A stretch of 64,000 bases of DNA from Camelus dromedarius (lineage: Eukaryota): the NCBI RefSeq assembly GCF_036321535.1, contig NC_087437.1, forward strand, positions 23,376,001 to 23,440,000. The letters are read 5' to 3'. Numbering within the stretch: position 1 is the first letter of the stretch; every line of letters begins with the position of its first letter. Below the pieces are notes generated by a model. It saw nothing but the letters and a program-made list of their open reading frames with translations. It did no database searches and had not been told where the DNA came from. Of this stretch, positions 54,181 through 64,000 are shown in pieces. The translations under genes and the position numbers were made by a program.

Positions 54181-54239
54181 AATGTATATTCTTATAACTA
54201 GTACCCAGGATATGAAGTACTTTTTAAAAGGTCCTTTTT

Positions 54240-54321
54240 TAAAAAAAGTTTATTTATTACTGAAGTGTAGTTGATTTACAATGTTAGTTTCAGGCATACA
54301 GGAAAGTGATTCGGCTATGTG

Positions 54322-54378
<57 letters not shown>

Positions 54379-55014
54379 TTTCAGATTCTTTTCCATTATG
54401 TTATAAGAAATTGCATATAGTTCCCTGTGCTATATGGTAGGTCCTAGTTATTTATCTATTTCATATGTAGTAATGTGTAACTGTTAATCCCAAACTTCTA
54501 ATTTATCCCTCCCCTGCCCTTTCCATTTTGGTAATCATAGTTTGTTTTCTATGTCTGTGAGTCTACTTTTGGTTTGTAAATGAAATTTGTATTTTTTGTT
54601 TTAGATTCCACATATAAGTGATATCATACAATATTTGTCTTTCTCTGACTTCACTTAATGTGATAATCTCTTGGTCTATCCACGTTGCTGCAAATTACAT
54701 TATTTCATTCTTTTATATGGCTGAGTAATATTACATTATATATATATTAACACACACACACACCCTACATCTTTATCTGTTCATCTGTAGATGGACATTT
54801 ATGTTGTTTCCATGTCTTGGCTATTGTAAATAATGTTACTATGAACATTGGGGTGCGTGTATCTTTTCAAGTTATCGTTTTATTTAGATATATGCCCAGG
54901 AGTGGGATTGCTGGATCATCAGGTAAGTATTTTTAGTTTTTTAAATGACTCTCCATACTGTTTTTCATGATGGCTGCACCAAACTACGTTCCCACCAGCA
55001 GTGTAGGAGGGTTC
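54240..55014 (-). mobile_element. 5'-truncated L1 (cetartiodactyl-type 3' UTR) with a 15-bp TSD
   Basis: L1 3' UTR (TGAAGTGTAGTTGATTTACAATGTTAGTTTCAGG...AGTTCCCTGTGCTAT) and ORF2 end (GGAGTGGGATTGCTGGATC). TAAAAGGTCCTTTTT occurs at 54225-54239 and 55015-55029. Internal (TG)n. Confidence 0.92.
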
Positions 55015-57244
55015 TAAAAGGTCCTTTTTGATTCTTTCTGATTTTAATTCTGATGAATTAGCCTTACCTTTAGAGAACTCTGTTTATAGACAGACCTCAG
55101 CCTGAGTAGATGATTACCTCTTATACCACAGTGCGTTTTCAGCATCCCCAAAGACGTTCTGACCTTTTAATTTCAGTTTCTTAGCTCTCTGGGATGAGCA
55201 TATCCTGCTTAGAGTGTCACCAGGAGTCATTTTAGTTTTCTTTGGAGACAAAGTAACATTAACAGAGATCAGCTTTTGCTAATAACTTGACCTTTCAATT
55301 CAGTGATGCTCATACTGGTAGCACATAAGATTTAAGAAAGGGGAAAAAAGAAAATATCAGAAGGTTTATATTTTTCTTTTGCGAATTCTGGCCAATATAC
55401 TACCACAGTGTACAGTCAGGAAATCTAATACACTCCATTTTTCTTTTTTTGCATACAGAATTACAAAGTATCTTCTGTTTATTTTAGACAGTAATGACCA
55501 AATTAAAAAAAAATCTTAATTACAAGCAGCAGACTTTTGAAGTAGTAGTATAAAGAAGAGATGTCTAGAATAGTCTTAGTAAGTGTAATAGAAACAAAGA
55601 GCATTGTTGTTCATAGAAATATGATTCTGATGTTTACAGACCTTAAAGTGGTTCATGGTGAAATAGTTTTAAAATAAACGAATTATTTCTTGTAGATCTA
55701 TCACCCTAACATTTAAATTATTTTTCTAAGCCCTTGGAAAGAGAGTTCCTTAGGCATAGACTTTAACATTAGTTGATAATATATGGTTTTATTCCCTTTT
55801 GAAAAACAGAATGGAAGGTATTACGTTTAAAAGAAATTGAGACTTATATTTGCTGACAAGATGTCCAATCTGCCGTTCTTAAAGTACAAAATATTTGTGA
55901 TTTATGTTCCTTCTTTCTTCTCTTCCTTCTTTAACCAACCTCTTTGCTACACTTCTTATTCTTTACTTGTTGAGGACTGATGCTTGTTGCTGCTGATGTT
56001 TCCAGTATAAATGAAAAAAGAAGGGGATCAAGAAATAGTCATTATTTTTAGCTAAGAAAATAATGAAGTATTTCATGGTTGCAAATATATTCATCTGTAA
56101 ACTATTTACTTTATTCTGTTGGTAACATAATAACTAAAATCTAGTTATATACCACTGAGAATATAGGTTTAATATACTGTAATGTAAGTGGATTTACAAA
56201 CAAGATTATTTTTAAAGTCATATTGACTTCATTGATTTTCATAAGGCTGTAGTCTATTCTAAGTAATGGAGTTTTTATTGCAATTTACAGGTAAACAGTT
56301 GAAATATCTTAGGGCATGTTTTTCTTACTGTAGTGACAGAAGCTAGAGGTGGAATGTGTCACCACTAACCTTGAAACTACTGGGTTTCATTGGTTTGTGT
56401 TTTAACCATTTATTTAAATATGTCTATGTGGTTATAATATTTATTTGCTAATACATATAGAACACACATAGAACAATGTCTGTACTTCGAGGTTAATGGT
56501 GACAGCCCTATATTTCAGGATTTATTTTCAAAGCCCTTTTTTTCCCAGTGAAATAGAAGAAAATACTTTTTATGTGTTTTAACAATGACTGTACTACTTA
56601 AGTTTTTCCCTGAAATATGGCCAGTCATAATTCTCTACTGGATTAATAATATACACACACACACATCCCCAAATGCACACACATACACTCTAACTGCAAA
56701 ATTCCAGCAAATGTTGAGTTGTTCCACCAGCGTTTTTGTTTTGTTTTGTTTTTGTGTGTGGTCATAGCCCATTAAAAAGAATGACCACTTTAAGAGGAGG
56801 CTTCTACAACTAGATGTCTAGTTGTTGAAAATATGTTTGAATCTCCGTACTCATTCAGACTCCTACATTATTAAATATCTCGATTTGGAAAGAGCTTCAA
56901 ACTGCGGTAGCATGGTGCTTTTTAGGAAATAATGGAGCTGGTGAATTAGCCTGGAAATTTGATGTAGAAAAAATCCAGTCTTTTTTCTTTTTAAAATGGA
57001 GACAGAATATATTTACAAATTGTCAGCTTGTAAATCCCATATTGATTTCAGGCAGGATTCTAGGATGGATATTAGAGAAGTACTTTAAACCTGCTTACCT
57101 TAATTGTTTCTGCTCAAAGCTATGACTTGACTACCTGTAAGGCAGAGCATGGAAAAAACAAACAAAAAATCCTGATCTGCCTGTTTGTGTATTCATATAG
57201 ACAGATTTGGATTCCAGATTTACGACTGTAGGAAGGTTATTTAA

Positions 57245-57422
57245 CTTCTACCTGAGTGACTTTTAGCAAGTTGCATTGTCTTTCTGCCTCATTTTCCTCA
57301 TCTGTAAAATGGAGATAACAATAATATCTTCCTCATAGAGTTGCTGTAAGATTTAAATCAGTTCATATATATAAAACACTTAAAGAGCATTTGTGTGTAC
57401 TATTATGTTTACTATTATTATT
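57245..57422 (+). mobile_element. MIR SINE
   Basis: TGCCTCATTTTCCTCATCTGTAAAATGGAGATAAC core. Confidence 0.8.
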
Positions 57423-57427
57423 ACTGT

Positions 57428-57950
57428 TGTTGGCAGAATTATGGTCGGCCAGAGATACTCATTTTCTAATCCCTGGAATCTGGGAGTGTGTTACTTTACA
57501 TGGCAAAAGGGACTTGGCAGATATAGTTAAGGTTGCAAACCTCAGGATGGGGTGATTATCATGGAATCTCCTGGTGGGTCTGCTCTAATTACATGGGCTG
57601 TTAAAAGCAAAAGAAAGAGTCAAAAGAGTCAGGGCAGAGAGATGAGATAGAAGAGAGATTTGAAGCATGGGAGAAACTTGACCCACATTTGCTGGCTTTT
57701 AAGATGAAGGGAGTCACAAGCCAAGGATACAGGTGACCTCTAAAAGCTGAGACCTCTAAAACCAAGTATGATAACTGTATAGAACTGAATTCTGCCAACA
57801 ATCTGAATGAGCAAGGAAACAGATTCTCCCCTAAAATCTCCAGCCCTGACAGCACCTTGATTTTTAGCTAGTGAGACCTGTGTCAGGCTTGTAGATACAG
57901 AACTGTAAGATAAGAACTTCTTTAAAACACTAAATTTGTGGTAGTTTATT
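57428..57950 (+). mobile_element. MLT1D-like solo LTR
   Basis: TGTTGGCAGAATTATGG...TGTTACTTTACATGGCAAAAGGGACTTGGCAGAT...CAGAACTGTAAGATAA...TAAATTTGTGGTAGTTT. Confidence 0.88.
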
Positions 57951-60900
57951 CACTGTCACCATTAACTTTTAAGTTTCGCCATTAACTTGAATAAACAATT
58001 GCTGCCAGAAAAACCTCTTTGAGAGTCACTGTGAGAGACCATTGATATGTAAATATTTGCTGTCAGAACCTTTATTTTCTAATAAGGCTCCAATCTATGC
58101 AGTAACAGGAAGAGATTTGTGGTTAGTCATGTTGGGTTTAGGCTGGTCTCTCACACAAGATGAAGAGCACTGTGTCACATTCCTTGAAATCTCTTAATAG
58201 AGACAATCTCCTCTTGTCTTTTAACATTATTTCTGTCATTATTGTGGTCTCATATGGAGAAATTAGAAACAATGTTTTTAAAATGCCAGACGGGTAAAGA
58301 CACACAATGAGAACATCTCCAGAAAACAAAGTGGGGTTGTTGCTTATATGCAGAAGCACAGTGCTAGCTTAGCATGTACTATCACATGTTTTATTAGATC
58401 GTTTTAGAAAAAAAGGAAGTTGGTTTCCTGGGAACTCACGCAACATCAATTATGATCACATCAAAAATTTTCCAGGAAATCTTTCTGAATGGACTGGTTT
58501 GAGCATCCATAAAAGCATCTTTTACAAGTTTTATCCCAAAATCAAAATTTGAAAGTAGAAAAAAGTCCCTTAAATTTCAAAACACAATGTATTAAACTTT
58601 GGAAGTGGGTAATAGCCGTATATTTCTTCTTTATGCCTTCAGTTTTGAAAAATCTTCTCTGCTAGTCTTCAGTGCATTATCAGTGATAGTTGCTCGGTAA
58701 ATAGTTGTAATTTTACTTACAACTTCCCGTGGAAGTAGGGGAGCTCAGGGTCTTCCTACTCTGCCATTTTGTCCACACCCCAGCCAAGATTAATTTCTAA
58801 GTATAAAACTATCTCTGTAGGCATTTTAATTTATGTTTTAAATTATTTTAAGGATTAATAGGAACTATGATGTTACAGAAGCTTTCCATGGAGAGCAATT
58901 GAAGACAGATTAAAAAAAAATGTGCCTTTTGAGGATCATAACAATGTCAGCTGTCCATATATACCTCAGAAAATCTGTATACTCATTCTCAGTTTATAAC
59001 ATCTAAACGCCTCAATTCTCACACAACTCCTTCACACATTGGCCACAATCAAAATGGTGCCGGATGTTATTTGCTTCCAAGTCTTTTTTGTTTTTGTTTT
59101 GTTTTGTTTCTGGCTGCAAACACTGTGCTTTATTTTGAAGAAATAGCTGTGAATATTGCTCTTTTTTTCAAATATGTCAAAAGCAACACTAAAACACTCT
59201 TCTCTGGAGGTCTGTAATCATGTGATGATAGCATTGAACACAAGCAGATCTCCACAGGCAAGTCATTCACTACTTACACATATGAAGTCTTATTTTTCTA
59301 GAGAGCTCCCAAGTTTTAATTCTCTCATCTGAGGAGTCAATGCCGTGATATACCTAGATTGGAACAAAGAACAAGACTATGTCTGAAAGGAAAGCTATTC
59401 ATTTATGAACTTTAACCATATTTCTGAGAATAGATGATTATAAATTATGCTTTGCTTGTAAGCTGAAATGAGTCTTAATTTCTTTTTACACTATAACAAA
59501 CTAATAAAACACAAGAATAATCCTAGACCAGAAGTGCAATAAAAACCAACTTTATATCATTAAAGTTCAATAGTTTAAGTCCAGAATACTTCTTTTTCCA
59601 GTCCATCTCACTAAAATGCTTTATACAGGCAACCCATCTTTCAAGACATAAAATTCCTACTTTACTACATTTATTTCTAGACATCAATGTTATGTGCTTT
59701 CTTTCAATTTAAGTGTTTCTAACTGAAAGTTAAGTATGTATTTGGATATTTTGATTGAAAAAGCTATGCACACAAGATTCTCATTTTTATAATTAACTTT
59801 TTTCTTATAATTCCCTAGTGTCGTTAAATATTTCATTAATGTTTTCTGAATAATGTATTCCTCTTTCATGTTGTGGAGTCATCAAGATTTTGACTCACTT
59901 TAATTATTTTTCCCTTCTACTTAAAGCCATGATTCAATGTTTATAGCTGAACTCATAACAATTTAGTATCTACAAACTAGTATTGGTTGGTAGACTTCTA
60001 ACAGCTGTTTCTCATTTGCTGATTCCATTATTTTCTCACAAAGGGTCAAGTCTGAAATAGAATTGAAACCAAACATTATTCATAACTGTGTTTCACTAAA
60101 ATAATTTCAATCATTTTTAATATTCAAATGAAATTTGAAAATGTTATCCTGAAATCCAGTTGTTCCCATACACTTAAATATAACTTCATGTGAATGCAAT
60201 CATAGAGTCCAAATGCAACTTCTCTACCTTATTATCTATTAGGCTTATTTAAAAAAAAAATAAAATCTATTAATTCAATGCAGTATATGATTTTAGTGAT
60301 CATGTGTTATTTACAGTCTAAACAAATACCATCTGCAACATACACTTGCTACATTTCTGTGCCATTCTACATACAATTATTTTGTGTCTCAAACTTATAA
60401 TTTGAGCATTAGACAGTATTTCCTTAATGTTTTAATTTAATAATTCATATTAATAAGCATGCCTAAAGTGGAATATATCATGGAAAAAGAGATAGAGCAA
60501 GTGAGAAATGAGGGAAGAAAAAAAGGGAAGAAGAAAGGAAGGGATTACTAACTTCATGCTTGACCATGTGAAACTTACACTATTTCAAGCAATTACACTT
60601 ACAAGTAGGGCAAACTGTATTTTGAGTGTGATTTTAATGCAAACTATTAAGAAAAGGAAAATCTGAGATAGAGTGAGTCAGAGAAAACATGTGTTTTGAA
60701 CTGTACTTTAAATAATCATACTCACCTCACATTATTTTGAGATTTAATCAAATTTATCTTACAGGGTTTAGCATCATGCTTGAATCTGACTAAGTAATTA
60801 ATAAATGGTAAATATTAATTCCTTTCACTGCTGGTGCAGCTGCTAATTGTTAACATTGTATGACATTTTCAGAAGCATGGGGAAGGATCCCAATTGGATA

Positions 60901-61379
60901 TACGGTATAAACAAAAGAATAACGACAAAATTGAGAGTTGAGTGTTGAGAGAATGGTATAGGAATTGTCTTGATTAAATTAGAGAAACAATTAAAGAAAT
61001 AGTTTAGAAAATTATAAGATTAAATAGATTTTTTAAAAAGACTGTTAGAAGATTTGAACTTCTAAAAAACTTGTTTCATTCTTTTTTAAATCCCTCATGT
61101 TAATGTACATTGGGAAAAAATAGAAGGCCAGAAAAATGTAAAAAAAAGAAAAAATTATAATTTTACCCTTTTAAACACTATAAACATTTTGGTTTAGTTT
61201 CTCCACAGGAAAGGATTTCTCCATGCAATTGTTTTTTAAAAAGCTTGGCATTACAACTGATATTACAATACACTTACACATTTGTGCCTTGCTTCTTTTT
61301 TTTTTTAACATTATAACGCGAGCATTTTTTCTTCAGAGCTGCAAGTTGTATATAACAATCATTTAATGGATTTAAATCA

Positions 61380-62110
61380 ACATAATTCTCTTTCTTCTTA
61401 CTCCATCTTTCCTATGACACTCCAGTCACACAATCTTCTTGCAGTTTTCTGAACATTCCAGGCTATAATTCAGATATCTGTAACTTTTCTTACTTTGCTT
61501 ATTAAGCAAATATTTTCCTACTTCTTTCTTTCCACCCAACTCACTTATAATGTTTTAAGAGTGAGCTCAAGCACCAACTCCTCTATCAAGAATTACCTCA
61601 TCACTTAGGCCAGAAGATTGAGCATCAACAAGGGAGAGAGTGGTCAATTTTGTTAAAGGCATTTTTGGTTGAGTCATATGGGGTGAGAAATAAATAGATT
61701 TCAGGTAAAGATATCCAATGGGATGATGAAAGTATGAGTTTGTAGCTCAAAAGAGAATATTTTTCCTTTCATCACCACATAGCAGAAATTTAATGCATGA
61801 TGTGTCAAACAGACCATAACAGAAGAGTATGAAATATGAGAAGAGAAGAAAAAAGGAGAGGACCAAGGATAGAGCTTTGGAGAACTTCACCTTAGAGAGC
61901 ACTGATTAAAGGAATTAAAAAGAGGATGAAAAGGAATGGAAGTGGATTTAGACTGCTAGAACATTGTGATGTAATAAATGTGCTGGAGGATGGAAGGAAG
62001 AATTGGTCAATGAAGACAGAAGTCACAAACAGGTCAATTCAAAGGGACTTGAAGTATTAATTGTATTTTCATTTTTACCTTTGTGAGAGTGAGGGTTGTA
62101 GTTAGAGAAA
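61380..62110. mobile_element. L2 fragments in both orientations
   Basis: CACTCCAGTCACAC...TTCTGAACATTCCAGG and GGACCAAGGATAGAGCTTTGGAGAAC. Confidence 0.55.
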
Positions 62111-62429
62111 GAGTACAGTGGCTGCAGAAACAAGTATGTGTCTTCTGGAAAATTGATCATGTGCTCTTATCTCCCTTTAACCCAAATTTCTCAAATACAA
62201 ATAAAATAGTTGGGATGCTTATTAAGTATCAGATACTGTTATAAGGGCATTCTGGTCTTAATTCATTGAATCAGCATAACAGCCCTAACATATCAGTTAT
62301 AAAATGAGGTTTTACCCCTAATTTACAGAGTCATGAGAAGGTTAAGTACCTTGTAAGGAAAATCCTGTAAGGGAGGGGTAGCATCTCTGAAAAACAAAGT
62401 TAACAACACCGTGGACTAAGTATACAAGT

Positions 62430-62935
62430 CTTGTACATATTTTTCTAGCTTTATCACTAATGATTTCATATTTGTGATGCTGTTTTGAATGTTTTTGTTG
62501 CTTTCATTTAATTTCTTATCATTTGAATATAGTGTATATAAACCAGACTGATTTTATATATCGATATTGCATCCTTATACATTTTTAAATATACTTACTG
62601 TATTTGGTAGGTTTTTAAAAATAGATTCCATTGGGTTCCCTAAATAATTATGTCACTATGAATGAATACTTACTCCTTTACAAACTATGTATTTGACTTC
62701 TTTTTCTTTCCTGATTGCAATGACTATAAGCTCCAATACACCATTGAATATAAGTGGTGATAATGGACATCCTTGTTTATGATTTTAGCAAGACAATTAA
62801 CTACAATGTTAGCTATCGGTTTCTCATAGAGGCCTATTACCGGGTTTGAGGGAATTCCCTTCTTTTCCTCATTTTCTGAGAATTTTAGTCAGGAATAGAT
62901 GTGGATTTAGTCAAATGTTTTTCCTGTGTCTTCTG
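62430..62935 (-). mobile_element. Old L1M ORF2 fragment
   Basis: TTGAATATAAGTGGTGATAATGGACATCCTTG...GTGGATTTAGTCAAATG. Confidence 0.75.
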
Positions 62936-64000
62936 GCTTTTTGGTGGGAAGGCCAGGCTTTGACTCCAGATCAGTTTGCTGCAATTCACAAACGTATGTT
63001 TGTTTGAAAAAATGTATTTTGGAATTGTGGCTAACAGGTTTTGTGCCTATCATGGACATTTAATTTTATTTTTGGCAATATTATTTTATACTTATTTCTA
63101 ATTATACTAGAGAATTTCACAATTATGCTTTGTTATCACAACAAATCACCCCGACCAACTTGGGCATTTTGACAAAGATTGAAGAAATGTTTATTGTAAT
63201 TTATGTAAAGTGATGCTAGGAAACACAGCCTTTGTAAGAAATATGTTTCAGAAGAGAAATATTTATGATAGTTTCATTTTATTTTATTGTAAGTCAAATA
63301 CTTTTATTCATCATTTTGGAAAGCTCTTTAATGTGAAAGTATTATAAATTCACCTTAAAATTAGGTTTCATATCTTATCATTGTTTCTTAATTTTCTTAT
63401 TTTATGGACCTAGATGACCAAAGAGTAATACCAATTAATACTGACTTTGGCTACTTTGTTCAAAACAATACCAAATGTCTTTACAGGCATACACATTTTA
63501 TATAAAGTTTATACATTTGACTGTCACTTTGACTATTGAAGTATTTTTCATAGAAATCTAGTACAGAACATTTCTGAATGCTACAGAACCTGTATTAATT
63601 GTTATACAGTTGTTATAGAACAGTAGAGACAACTTTGACTTTCAGTTTTCTCCCTCTGAATAAGAGAAAATGATACCCATTTGGTAGTGGGCTCCCATTA
63701 TTGCACAGGATATAGTGCAACTATCATGTTAACTGAGATAGGAGAAAAGGTACCTGGTTCAACTGCCTGCAGCAAGAAAACTTTCTACAAACCTCTTGAC
63801 TAAAAACAAAATAGTCTGTTAAGAATTACACGAAAGAAATAACTTGAAAAATAACATAAACTTGTCAGCACAAGGTTGTAAAAATGAAAAGGATGATGAG
63901 AGAACAAAGAGTGAGGTGATAAGGGATAAATAGAAACACTTTCAGCAATACATCTTTTGACCAGGATAGAAATAGAAATGTTACCTGATTGGCTGTTTTT

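Overview
AT-rich mammalian intronic or intergenic DNA. I found no intact protein-coding gene, and the ORF track is mostly microsatellite, repeat or chance ORFs. The repeats are typical of placental mammals: MIR, L2, old L1M, MER5/MER20/MER8 DNA transposons and MLT1/LTR33 LTRs. A cetartiodactyl-type L1 3' end is present, and I saw no Alu, B1/B2, Bov-tA, CHR, PRE1 or Can-SINE, so a camelid-like host is my best guess (inference). The main finding is at the left edge. From about 218 to 1551 the + strand carries a heavily degraded (stops and frameshifts) but collinear copy of what looks like a bornavirus nucleoprotein gene (EBLN). It appears to be split by a MER5-like hAT element and ends in an A-tract. 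Also notable are a CpG-rich solo ERV LTR with an internal tandem array (50038-51068), a truncated L1 with a perfect 15-bp TSD, and several local duplications and palindromes. All repeat family names and protein alignments were made by eye from memory and need RepeatMasker or tBLASTn confirmation.
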